Below are positions 1 to 8,550 of a DNA stretch of 33,137 nucleotides, piece by piece. The position numbers and the translations under genes were made by a program. The notes beneath the pieces were generated by a model that was not told the origin of the DNA, made no database searches, and was given only the letters and a program-made list of their open reading frames with translations. Source of the DNA: Solirubrobacteraceae bacterium (GTDB lineage: Bacteria > Actinomycetota > Thermoleophilia > Solirubrobacterales > Solirubrobacteraceae); assembly GCA_036561265.1 (NCBI GenBank), contig DATBPO010000141.1, forward strand, positions 1 to 33,137. The letters run 5' to 3'. Within the stretch, counting starts at the first letter, position 1. The number at the start of each line of letters is the position of its first letter.

Positions 1-1
1 T

Positions 2-85
2 TGCGCTCCCTGCACGCGCCCGGGCTCCGGTCGAGAGGGCCGGTGGGCAGGCCTCGACAAGACCGAGTGCGGGATCCACGAATAG
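2..85 (+). CDS. cysH: C-terminal fragment of adenylyl/phosphoadenylyl-sulfate reductase (5' end outside window)
   Basis: Frame 2 reads CAPCTRPGSGREGRWAGLDKTECGIHE*, containing the CxxCT, GRW and ECG(L/I)H motifs of APS reductases. It lies directly upstream of cysD and is absent from the ORF track. Confidence 0.9.
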   Translation, partial: CAPCTRPGSGREGRWAGLDKTECGIHE

Positions 86-106
86 GCCGGACTAGCCTTC
101 TCGCCG

Positions 107-1021
107 GTGAACCCACTTCATTACGAGCTCTCCTATCTCGAGACGCTCGAGGCCGAGTCGATCCACATCTTCAGGGAGGTGGCGGCGGAGCTGGAGCGGC
201 CCGTGCTGCTGTTCAGCGGCGGCAAGGACTCGATCGTGCTGCTGCGCCTGGCGGAGAAGGCGTTCCGCCCGGCCCCCTTTCCCTTCCCGCTGATGCACGT
301 GGACACGGGCCACAACTTCCCGGAGGTCATCGAGTTCCGCGACCGCCGCGTGGCGGAACTGGGCGAGCGGCTGATCGTGGCGAGCGTGCAGGAGTCGATC
401 GACAAGGGGCGCGCGGTCGAGGAGACGGGCCCGAGGGCCTCGCGTAACCGGCTGCAGACGGTGACGCTGCTGGATGCGATCGCGGAGCATGGCTTCAACG
501 CGGCCTTCGGCGGGGCGCGGCGCGATGAGGAGCGGGCGCGGGCGAAGGAGCGCATCTTTTCCTTCCGTGATGACTTCGGCCAGTGGGACCCCAAGAACCA
601 GCGCCCGGAGCTGTGGAACCTGTACAACGGGCGCATCAAAAAGGGCGAGAACGTGCGGGTGTTCCCGCTGTCGAACTGGACGGAGCTGGATGTGTGGGAG
701 TACATCGACGCCGAGCAGCTTGAGGTCCCGTCGATCTACTTCGCGCACGAGCGCGAGGTGTTCGCACGCGACGGCATGCTGTATGCGTGGCGCGAGGGCA
801 CGGAGCTGATCGAGGGCGAGACGGTGTTCAACGAGACGGTGCGCTACCGCACGGTGGGCGACATGAGCTGCACGGGCGGCGTGCGCTCCCAGGCCGCGAC
901 GCTCGAGGAAGTGGTGGTGGAGATCGCGGCGACGCGGATCACCGAGCGCGGGGAGACGCGAGCGGATGACCGGGTGAGCGAGGCCGCGATGGAGGACCGA
1001 AAGAAGACGGGGTACTTTTGA
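107..1021 (+). CDS. cysD: Sulfate adenylyltransferase subunit 2
   Basis: LEAESIHIFREV, SGGKDS PP-loop, GGARRDEE, RVFPLSNWTE, RTVGD and C-terminal MEDRKKTGYF. GTG start lies 8 nt after a TAGCCT -10-like box (93-98). Confidence 0.97.
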   Translation: MNPLHYELSYLETLEAESIHIFREVAAELERPVLLFSGGKDSIVLLRLAEKAFRPAPFPFPLMHVDTGHNFPEVIEFRDRRVAELGERLIVASVQESIDKGRAVEETGPRASRNRLQTVTLLDAIAEHGFNAAFGGARRDEERARAKERIFSFRDDFGQWDPKNQRPELWNLYNGRIKKGENVRVFPLSNWTELDVWEYIDAEQLEVPSIYFAHEREVFARDGMLYAWREGTELIEGETVFNETVRYRTVGDMSCTGGVRSQAATLEEVVVEIAATRITERGETRADDRVSEAAMEDRKKTGYF

Positions 1022-2304
1022 TGACCCTCGACCTGTTGCGCTTCACGACAGCCGGCTCGGTGGACGACGGTAAGAGCACGTTGATTGGGCGACTGCTGTA
1101 CGACACCAAGCAGGTGTTCGAGGATCAGCTGGAGCATGTGGCCTTGGCGAGCGAGCGCCGCGGGGGCTCGGGCGCGCTCGATCTGGCGCTGCTGACCGAC
1201 GGCCTACGTGCAGAGCGCGAGCAGGGCATCACGATCGACGTGGCCTATCGCTACTTTGCGACGCCCAAGCGCCGCTTCATCATCGCCGACTGCCCGGGCC
1301 ACCAGCAGTACACGCGCAACATGGTCACGGGCGCCTCGACGGCGGACCTGTCGGTGATCCTGCTGGACGCGCGCAAGGGGGTGCTGGAGCAGTCAAAGCG
1401 CCATGCGTTCATCAGTGCGCTGCTGGGCATACCGCACGTGGTGGTGGCGGTGAACAAGATGGATCTGGTGGATTACTCGCAGGCGCGCTTCGATGAGCTG
1501 GTGCTGGAGTTCGCGGAGTTCGCGGCGAAGCTCGACAGCGGCGCGGAACTGACGTACATCCCGATGTCGGCGCTGGAGGGCGACAACGTCGTGGATCGCT
1601 CCGAGCACATGCCTTGGTATGACGATCCCGCCCACCACCCCCACGCCCCCACGCTGCTGGAGTTCCTGGAGGGCGTGGAGGTGGCCTACGACCACCCCTA
1701 CGACACGCCGGCGCGCTTCCCGGTGCAGTGGGTGATCCGCCCGGCGACCTCGGCGGACTATCGCGGCTACGCGGGCCAGCTGGCAAGCGGCGCGCTGCGC
1801 AAGGGCGAGGAGGTGGTGGTACTTCCAGGCGGGGGCCGCACGAAGATTAGGGCGATCGACACCTACGACGGTGAGCTCGAGGAGGCGATGGCGCCGATGT
1901 CTTTGACGCTGCTGCTGGAGGACGAGCTCGATGTCTCGCGCGGCGAGCTGATCTGCCGCCCAGGCGAGGCGCCGACGGTGGCAAGGGAGCTAGAGGCCGA
2001 CATCTGCTGGCTGAGCGAGCGCCCGCTGCGCGCCGGCAGCCGCTACGTGATCAAGCACACCTCGCGCAGCGCGAGCGCGGTGGTGGACGAGCTGCGCGAC
2101 TGCATCGATGTGCACACGCTGGAGCGCGCGGGCGCGCCGGCGGAGCTGGCGCTGAACGACATCGGCCGTGTGCGACTGCGCACGAGCGCGCCGCTGAGCT
2201 TCGACCCCTACGCGAGCAACCGCCGCACGGGTAGCTTCATCCTGATCGATGAGGCCAGCAACGAGACGGTGGGCGCGGGGCTGGTGGCTCCAGACGGAGC
2301 CTGA
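1021..2304 (+). CDS. cysN: Sulfate adenylyltransferase subunit 1 (GTPase), no fused CysC kinase domain
   Basis: GSVDDGKST P-loop, EREQGITID, DCPGH, NKMD, GSFILID. ATG overlaps the cysD stop (TGATG). Confidence 0.96.
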   Translation: MTLDLLRFTTAGSVDDGKSTLIGRLLYDTKQVFEDQLEHVALASERRGGSGALDLALLTDGLRAEREQGITIDVAYRYFATPKRRFIIADCPGHQQYTRNMVTGASTADLSVILLDARKGVLEQSKRHAFISALLGIPHVVVAVNKMDLVDYSQARFDELVLEFAEFAAKLDSGAELTYIPMSALEGDNVVDRSEHMPWYDDPAHHPHAPTLLEFLEGVEVAYDHPYDTPARFPVQWVIRPATSADYRGYAGQLASGALRKGEEVVVLPGGGRTKIRAIDTYDGELEEAMAPMSLTLLLEDELDVSRGELICRPGEAPTVARELEADICWLSERPLRAGSRYVIKHTSRSASAVVDELRDCIDVHTLERAGAPAELALNDIGRVRLRTSAPLSFDPYASNRRTGSFILIDEASNETVGAGLVAPDGA

Positions 2305-2485
2305 GGAGCCCGACAAGACGCCTGGGAAGCCCCAGAAGGCGCGCAGGAAGCTCCAAAAGGCCCCGGAATCAGAGACGTCCAGAACCAACTGGCCGCACAG
2401 AATCAACTGGCGGCCGATTTGTTCACGAAATCTTTGCGAAATCGTCTCCTGACGGAATACGATTGCAGAGCCAAATCTGAAGCAC

Positions 2486-2561
2486 TTTCGTGCATCTGCA
2501 CGAAATATTTCGAAAATTCGTGCATCTGCACATTGACGCCGCCGCGAAAGTCCTGTACTTC
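2486..2561 (+). promoter_or_regulatory. Putative sigma70 promoter with tandem palindromic operator sites
   Basis: Perfect inverted repeat TTTCGTGCA-TC-TGCACGAAA (2486-2505). A second copy TTCGTGCATCTGCAC (2517-2531) abuts TTGACG (2533-2538), followed by a 17-nt spacer and an imperfect -10 TACTTC (2556-2561). Locally AT-rich. Confidence 0.55.
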
Positions 2562-2564
2562 TTT

Positions 2565-2749
2565 AGCGGTATTCGAAAAGACAGAACCGCTCAGGCAGTG
2601 AGTCAGCACCGACTTGACTGGTGTGACGACCCCCAGTGTCGTCCACCCAGGCAGGCGTGGGACACTGAACGCGAAAGCGTGCCAGGGCAGTGTCTCAGCT
2701 CGCGCCCGGGGTTTGTGGAGCGCTTACCCCGGACGCGAGCAGCCTGCCC
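2565..2749 (+). ncRNA. Candidate structured RNA (sRNA or cis-regulatory leader) of unrecognised family
   Basis: Five consecutive stems: 2565-70/2586-91; 2602-10/2620-27; 2634-46/2657-67; ACGC-GAAA-GCGT 2669-80 (GNRA loop); long hairpin 2685-2712/2726-49. It starts just after the putative promoter. Confidence 0.5.
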
Positions 2750-2855
2750 CCTGAGGGGCCGATCGCACTTCGCTGAGCGGCGTCCTCAGTCGCTCGCGTG
2801 CGTAGCACGCCACGCTTCTTGCGTCCTTGCCCAGCTCGGCGCTCGACCCCTCAGG
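2750..2855. repeat. MITE/REP-like palindromic element (~106 bp)
   Basis: Terminal inverted repeats CCTGAGGGGCCGA (2750-62) / TCGACCCCTCAGG (2843-55), 12/13 match. Internal hairpins CTGAG/CTCAG, GCGTGC/GCACGC and ACGC/GCGT. Confidence 0.5.
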
Positions 2856-2966
2856 TCCCTCCCTAACCACTGGAATTTCGGTTCCGCAGAGCCAAGCGGG
2901 GCGATTTCATGCGCTGCAACCCGCGACGCACGGAGGGGCCTTGAGGGGATAGGCTGCAGCCGGTCG

Positions 2967-4832
2967 ATGTTCACGAAGGTCCTGGTAGCCAATCGCGGCG
3001 AGATCGCCGTGCGCGTCGTGCGAGCTTTGGAGGAGATGGGGATCGCCTCGGTGGCGGTTTACTCTGAGCACGACCGCGACGCGCTGCACGCAAAGCGGGC
3101 TGATGAGGCCTACAACCTCGGCGGAGGGCCTGCCGCGGAGAACTACTTGAGCGTCGAGAAGATCCTCGATGCGGCGCGACGCAGCGGCGCGGAGGCGATC
3201 CACCCCGGCTACGGCTTCCTGGCGGAGAACGCGCCCTTCGCGCAGGCGTGCGAGCAGGCGGGGATCGTTTTCATTGGGCCGCCGGCGAGCGCGATCGAAG
3301 CGATGGGCTCAAAGACGCGCGCGCGTGAGCTGATGCAGGCGGCGGGCGTGCCGATCGTGCCGGGTACGACCGAGCCGGTGGCGACTGTTGCGGACGCCTT
3401 GAAGATCGCACGCGCAGACATCGGCTTTCCGGTGGCGGTGAAGGCAGCGGGCGGCGGCGGCGGCAAGGGCTTCAGGGTGGCGCTCAGCGAGGAGGAGCTC
3501 GAGGGAGCCTTCGAGGGAGCCAGCCGCGAGGGCGAGAAGTTCTTCAGTGACCCGACTGTCTACCTGGAGCGCTACCTGCCCGACCCGCGCCACGTGGAGG
3601 TGCAGGTGCTGGCGGACCGCCACGGCAACGTCATCCATCTGGGCGAGCGTGACTGCTCGATCCAGCGCCGCCACCAGAAGGTGATCGAGGAGAGCCCGGC
3701 ACCGGAGTGGATCGTCAGCCCCGAGTTGCGTGCGCGCATCGGCGCGATCGGCGTGGAGGCAGCACGGGCCGTCAACTACGTGGGCGCCGGCACAATCGAG
3801 GGTCTACTGGTTGCAAGCGCGCCCACCAGGGACGGAGACCCGGCCACCCGGGATGGAGACCCGCCCACCCAGGCCGAGTACTTCTTCCTGGAGATGAACA
3901 CGCGCGTGCAGGTGGAGCACTGCGTGACGGAGATGACCACGGGCGTGGACATCGTCAAGGAGGGCATCCGCGCGGCGGCCGGCGAGGAACTGTCCTATAA
4001 GCAGGAGGACATAGCGCTGCGCGGCCACGCGATCGAGTGCCGTATCAATGCCGAGGACGCTGCCAAGAACTTTGCGCCGGCGCCAGGGAAAATCGGCGCC
4101 TACAAAGAGCCCACCGGCCCAGGCGTGAGGATCGACTCCGGCGTGGGCGCTGGCGGCGAGGTCTCGCCGATGTATGACCCCATGGTGGCCAAGCTGATCG
4201 TGTGGGACGCCGATCGCGCGCAGGCCACGAAGCGTATGTTGCGCGCGCTGGATGAATACGAGATCGAGGGCCTGAAGACATTGATCCCCTTCCACAAGGC
4301 GCTGCTGGGCACCGATCAGTGGGCACGCGGGGAGACCTGCCGCGATCTGCTGGAGGACCGCACCTGGCTGAAGACGCTGGCCTTCGAGGCGCCGGCGGGT
4401 GGAGCACCCAAGGCAGACGAGGAGGAGGGCGCAAAGGTCGAGCAGAGCTACACGGTGGAGGTCTCGGGCAGGCGCTTTGAGGTGCGCGTGGTGGGCGACC
4501 CAGCGGCCGGCACGGGGCAGTACACCGGCATGAACGGCACCGCTCCGGCAGGCACCGCCCGCAAGGCGCCCAAGCGCGGGGCGCGCAAGGCATCCTCGGG
4601 CGGGGGGCCAGACACGCTGCCCTCGCCGCTACAGGGAAACATGTGGAAGGTGCTGGTCAAGCAGGGCGACACAGTCCAGGAGGGCCAGTTGCTGTGCATC
4701 ATCGAGGCGATGAAGATGGAGAACGAGATCACCGCCCACAAGGCGGGAGTCATTGCCGAGCTGCCGATCGTCGAGGGTGCGCCAATCGCTGCCGGCGCCC
4801 CGATCGCGACGATCCAGAGCGCCTCAGAGTAG
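2967..4832 (+). CDS. accA: Acetyl/propionyl-CoA carboxylase alpha subunit (biotin carboxylase + biotin carboxyl carrier domain; AccA3/BccA-like)
   Basis: MFTKVLVANRGEIAVR start, HPGYGFLAEN, GGGGKG, RDCSIQRRHQK, FLEMNTRVQVEH and biotinylation motif EAMKM. True start is ATG 2967, not 2490. Confidence 0.95.
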   Translation: MFTKVLVANRGEIAVRVVRALEEMGIASVAVYSEHDRDALHAKRADEAYNLGGGPAAENYLSVEKILDAARRSGAEAIHPGYGFLAENAPFAQACEQAGIVFIGPPASAIEAMGSKTRARELMQAAGVPIVPGTTEPVATVADALKIARADIGFPVAVKAAGGGGGKGFRVALSEEELEGAFEGASREGEKFFSDPTVYLERYLPDPRHVEVQVLADRHGNVIHLGERDCSIQRRHQKVIEESPAPEWIVSPELRARIGAIGVEAARAVNYVGAGTIEGLLVASAPTRDGDPATRDGDPPTQAEYFFLEMNTRVQVEHCVTEMTTGVDIVKEGIRAAAGEELSYKQEDIALRGHAIECRINAEDAAKNFAPAPGKIGAYKEPTGPGVRIDSGVGAGGEVSPMYDPMVAKLIVWDADRAQATKRMLRALDEYEIEGLKTLIPFHKALLGTDQWARGETCRDLLEDRTWLKTLAFEAPAGGAPKADEEEGAKVEQSYTVEVSGRRFEVRVVGDPAAGTGQYTGMNGTAPAGTARKAPKRGARKASSGGGPDTLPSPLQGNMWKVLVKQGDTVQEGQLLCIIEAMKMENEITAHKAGVIAELPIVEGAPIAAGAPIATIQSASE

Positions 4833-4925
4833 AGCGCCCGTAGCCGAGCAACGCGGCCCCCACAATCGCGACGATCCAGAGCGCCTCAGAGTAGGGCGCC
4901 CGTAGCCGAGCAACGCGGCCCCCAC
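4803..4925 (+). repeat. 62-bp-period tandem duplication of the accA 3' end including the stop codon
   Basis: 4803-4863 and 4865-4925 are identical except A4833/G4895. Confidence 0.9.
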
Positions 4926-5087
4926 CCCCTCCTCCCCTCCCTGGTTTTCCAGGCCGGCGAGAGCCCTCCGGGCCTTCAGTAGGTCCGGAATGTTTCTATT
5001 TACTTGACGGCCCGAGCGCGATCCGGCACAGTTGGAGTACGTCCCAGTATTCGGACGTATTGCCTCCACTGACAGGCCCGATCGCCC

Positions 5088-6260
5088 TTGCCCACACACA
5101 CCCAGAGCTCACTCGCCGTCGAAGATCCGCCCGAAGCGACCTGTCTGGTCTCGGTGGTGATCCCGTGCCTGAACGAGGCCGAGAACATCGAGGCGTGCGT
5201 GGCGACAGCGCTGGCGACGATGGAGCGAGCTGCGATCCCCGGCGAGGTGGTGGTGGCCGACAACGGCTCCGAAGACGGCAGCGCGGAGCTAGCCGAAGCT
5301 GCAGGTGCGCGCGTGGTGCACGAGCCGGTGCGCGGCTACGGCAGCGCCTACCTGGCGGGCTTCGCCGCGGCGAAGGGGCGCTACATCGTGATGGCCGATG
5401 CCGACCTGACCTACGACTTCAATGAGATTCCGCGTTTCCTGGCGGAGTTGGAAGCCGGCGGGGACATGGTGATCGGCGATCGCATGGACAACATCCATCC
5501 GGGAGCGATGCCCTGGCACCACCGCTACATCGGCAACCCCCTGCTCTCGAGCTTCCTGAACCTGCTGTTCCACACCGGGGTGAGCGACGCGCACTGCGGT
5601 ATGCGCGCGTTTCGGGCAGAACACCTTGAGCGTCTGGAACTGCGCACCACCGGCATGGAGTTCGCCTCGGAGATGGTGGTGCGCGCGGCGAAGGCCAAGC
5701 TCGACATCCGCCAGCTGCCGATCGAATACCACGCGCGCGGCGGGGAGTCGAAGCTGTCGAGCTTCCGCGACGGCTGGAGGCACCTGCGCTTCCTGCTGCT
5801 GCACTCCCCCAAACACCTCTTCATCGTGCCGGGCGCAGCGATCGCCACCTTGGGGGCGCTGATCTGTGTGATGGTCGCGGCGCACGTCGACGTGCTGGGC
5901 CGGCAGTGGGCGGTGCACACGCTGATCGCCGGCTCACTGATGTTGATCGTGGGCGCGCAGATCGTGAGCCTGGGGCTGTGCGCCCTGGCCTACGCCACGT
6001 ACTTCATGGGTGAGCACGACCCCTGGTTTGAGCGCATGAGCCGCCGCTACCGCCTCGAGCAGGGCCTGATGCTGGGAGGAGGAGTGGCGCTGCTGGGCAT
6101 CGCGCTGGTGGCGGTGGTCGTGTTCGAATGGATCCAGAGCGGCTTTGGCAACCTCGTGCAGGAGCGCGTGGCGATCGCGGCCGCGACGCTGGTGGTGCTG
6201 GGCATGCAAATCGCCTTCACCTCGTTTCTGCTCAGCATCCTGGGACTGCGGCGGCGCTAG
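5088..6260 (+). CDS. Glycosyltransferase family 2 (DPM1/polyprenol-phosphate-sugar synthase-like) with C-terminal transmembrane helices
   Basis: VSVVIPCLNE, DNGSEDGS, GYGSA, MADAD (DxD), DAHCGMRAF, ESKLSSFRDG, then about four hydrophobic segments. TTG start uncertain. Confidence 0.88.
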   Translation: MPTHTQSSLAVEDPPEATCLVSVVIPCLNEAENIEACVATALATMERAAIPGEVVVADNGSEDGSAELAEAAGARVVHEPVRGYGSAYLAGFAAAKGRYIVMADADLTYDFNEIPRFLAELEAGGDMVIGDRMDNIHPGAMPWHHRYIGNPLLSSFLNLLFHTGVSDAHCGMRAFRAEHLERLELRTTGMEFASEMVVRAAKAKLDIRQLPIEYHARGGESKLSSFRDGWRHLRFLLLHSPKHLFIVPGAAIATLGALICVMVAAHVDVLGRQWAVHTLIAGSLMLIVGAQIVSLGLCALAYATYFMGEHDPWFERMSRRYRLEQGLMLGGGVALLGIALVAVVVFEWIQSGFGNLVQERVAIAAATLVVLGMQIAFTSFLLSILGLRRR

Positions 6261-6889
6261 TGCGCATTCGACTCACCATCGCCATCGGGCTGGCGCTCAC
6301 GGCTGTCGCCGTCGGCATAAGCCTTGCGCGCTCGCCGCTGGTGCGGGCGGGAACCGACGGTACGCCGCTGCCCACGGAAATCGGCGCGACCTCCGTACCC
6401 ACCACAATTTGCCAGGGCGAAGAGACCGTTCCCGCTGGCACCACGGCGATGCGCGTCTCGATGCTCTCGCTGCTGGGCCCGCGTATAAAACTGGTGGCGC
6501 GCTCCGGCGGGCAGGTCATAACGACCGGCGAAATCGGCTACGGCTGGACCGGATCGGTCGTGACGATCCCGGTCGCACGCGTGGTTGGCACCCATCGCCA
6601 CACGAACATCTGCGTGTCGCTGGCAAAGCGCCAGCAATTGGTGAACCTTCGGGGTGCCAACACGAAGTTCTCGCCGGCGGTGACTGAAGGCAAACAGGTG
6701 CTGTCGGGTCGCATGCGCTTTGACTATCTGCGCCCCGACAACAAGTCGTGGCTGTCGCTAGCGCTGCCGACGGCGCGACGCATCGGTCTGAACATCGGCG
6801 GCGGCGCGGGAATCATTCTGATCCCCCTGATGCTGCTGCTGAGCGCTGGGACGCTGGCATCGTGGCTGCTGGTGAGGGACCTGCGATGA
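6260..6889 (+). CDS. Hypothetical membrane-anchored protein (N- and C-terminal TM helices, beta-rich extracytoplasmic domain)
   Basis: GTG overlaps the GT2 stop and its own stop overlaps the next ATG (ATGA), so it is translationally coupled on both sides. Both termini are hydrophobic. Confidence 0.7.
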   Translation: MRIRLTIAIGLALTAVAVGISLARSPLVRAGTDGTPLPTEIGATSVPTTICQGEETVPAGTTAMRVSMLSLLGPRIKLVARSGGQVITTGEIGYGWTGSVVTIPVARVVGTHRHTNICVSLAKRQQLVNLRGANTKFSPAVTEGKQVLSGRMRFDYLRPDNKSWLSLALPTARRIGLNIGGGAGIILIPLMLLLSAGTLASWLLVRDLR

Positions 6890-8550
6890 GCAAGCGCGGG
6901 GGCACGAGGACACCGAAAACGTCCACGGAGGCGCCTGCCGCGCCGGGGCGGCGGGGGGGCTCGCGCACAAATGGCCGCACGGAGACGACCCCGGCGCCGC
7001 GTAAGGCGCCGCGTAAGCCGCCGGGCGTGCGCACGCGGGCCACGCGAGCCTCACGGACTACGACCCAGCGCACGCGCCAGAGCCGCGCTTGGGCGGCGAT
7101 CAGGGGCATACCTACGACGGCCTGGGTGTGCGCGCTTGTGGCCGTTCTCAACTGCGCCTGCTGGTCGTTCCTGATCCCGCCGCTACAGGGTCCCGACGAG
7201 CAGGCGCACTTCGCCTACGTGCAGCAGTTGGTGGAGAACGGCAAGATGCCCAACGGATCTTCAGAAGAAAACTTCTCGCCCGAGGAGCTGGCAGCGATGA
7301 ACGACCTGGGGTTCGGGGAAGTGATCCTCAACGCCGGCTCTCCCTCGATCCCGAACCGCGCCGGGCGCGAAAAGCTTCTACACGACCTCTCACAGCCGGG
7401 GCTGTCGCGTAAAGGCGATGGCAGCGTGGGTGTGGCGGCGTCCGAGCCCCCGCTCTACTACGCGCTGCAGACGGTTCCCTACGAGCTCGGTTCGGGCAGC
7501 AGCCTGATCACGCGCCTGGAGCTGATGCGACTGCTCTCGGCGCTGCTATGCGGCCTGACGGTGCTGCTCGTCTTCCTCTTCATCCGCGAGGCGCTGCCAG
7601 CGGTGCCGTGGGCGTGGACGGTGGGGGCCCTGAGCGCGGCGCTCTCGCCGCTGCTGGGGTTTGTCGGCGGCTCGCTCGATCCTGACGCGCTGCTGTTCGC
7701 AGTCTGCGCCGCCCTCTTCTACTGCTTCGCGCGCGCCTTTCGCCGCGGATTCGACCGGCGCATGGCGGGCGCGCTCGGCGGTGTGGTTGCCCTCGGCTTC
7801 CTGACCAAGGTCAACTTCCTGGCGCTCGTGGCGGGCATCGCGGTCGGCCTAATTCTGCTGACCATTCGCGAAGCGCGCGTCTCGCGGCGCGAGGCGTATC
7901 GCACCCTGGCGCTTGCCGCCGGGATAGCTATCAGCCCTGGGGTGCTGTACTTCCTGGTCAATCTCGCGGGGCACAAGGAACTGCTGGGCATTGTCTCGGG
8001 CTCGATCAAGACCACCGAACGCCACAACATTCCCAACGAGCTCGCCTACATCTGGCAGTTCTACCTCCCCAGACTGCCAGGCATGCCCCATGACTTCCCA
8101 GGCATTTTCCCGCCGTGGCACGTCTGGTTCAAAGGCGCAGTGGCGCGCTACAACTGGCTTGAGACCTCGTTCCCCGGTTGGGTGTACAAGGTCGCGCTGA
8201 TACCCACCGCGGCAATCGCTGGGCTGTCCGCCCGCGAGCTATACCTCAAGCGCCAGCTGTTGCGCCAGCGCATTTGGGAGTTCGCCGTCTACCTGACGAT
8301 GCTGGTGGGGCTGATGGGGCTGCTCGCAGCGGCCTCGTTCGACTCCTTCCCCACGCTGGCGCTCGGCGACTCCGAGCCCCGATACTTCCTGCCCATGCTG
8401 GCGCTGGGCGGCGCACTTCTAGCCCTGGCAGCCCGTGGCGCCGGCAAGCGCTCGGGGCCGGTTGCGGGAGCCGCAATCGTGATGCTGTTTCTCGGCCACG
8501 ACGTCCTCAGCCAGCTGCTGGAGATCTCGCGCTACTACCACCCGCTGTGA
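6886..8550 (+). CDS. Polytopic membrane protein, GT-C-like (DUF2142-type) putative glycosyltransferase
   Basis: PDEQAHF acidic first-loop motif, PPLYY, about 11 TM segments, EPRYFLP late motif. Basic low-complexity N-terminus. ATG at 6886. Confidence 0.75.
   Translation: MSKRGGTRTPKTSTEAPAAPGRRGGSRTNGRTETTPAPRKAPRKPPGVRTRATRASRTTTQRTRQSRAWAAIRGIPTTAWVCALVAVLNCACWSFLIPPLQGPDEQAHFAYVQQLVENGKMPNGSSEENFSPEELAAMNDLGFGEVILNAGSPSIPNRAGREKLLHDLSQPGLSRKGDGSVGVAASEPPLYYALQTVPYELGSGSSLITRLELMRLLSALLCGLTVLLVFLFIREALPAVPWAWTVGALSAALSPLLGFVGGSLDPDALLFAVCAALFYCFARAFRRGFDRRMAGALGGVVALGFLTKVNFLALVAGIAVGLILLTIREARVSRREAYRTLALAAGIAISPGVLYFLVNLAGHKELLGIVSGSIKTTERHNIPNELAYIWQFYLPRLPGMPHDFPGIFPPWHVWFKGAVARYNWLETSFPGWVYKVALIPTAAIAGLSARELYLKRQLLRQRIWEFAVYLTMLVGLMGLLAAASFDSFPTLALGDSEPRYFLPMLALGGALLALAARGAGKRSGPVAGAAIVMLFLGHDVLSQLLEISRYYHPL

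Noticed and set aside
2325-2415. Degenerate 21-bp and 18-bp tandem pairs after cysN
   Set aside because: Only two imperfect copies each with no spacers, so not a CRISPR array. No function can be supported.
2543-2591. GAAAGTCC and ACAGAACC resemble RNase P RNA conserved boxes
   Set aside because: They are only about 30 nt apart and the rest of the RNase P core is missing.
2594-2683. SAM-I/IV riboswitch, given the proximity to cys genes
   Set aside because: It lacks the AUC/GCAACC core and lies downstream, not upstream, of cysDN.
2490-2966. 159-aa N-terminal extension of accA in the ORF track
   Set aside because: The family N-terminus begins at MFTKVLVANRGE (2967). The extension runs through operator, hairpin and repeat DNA and is not protein-like.
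4803-4925. Possible mini-CRISPR
   Set aside because: Head-to-tail copies without a spacer, derived from the gene end, and no cas genes.
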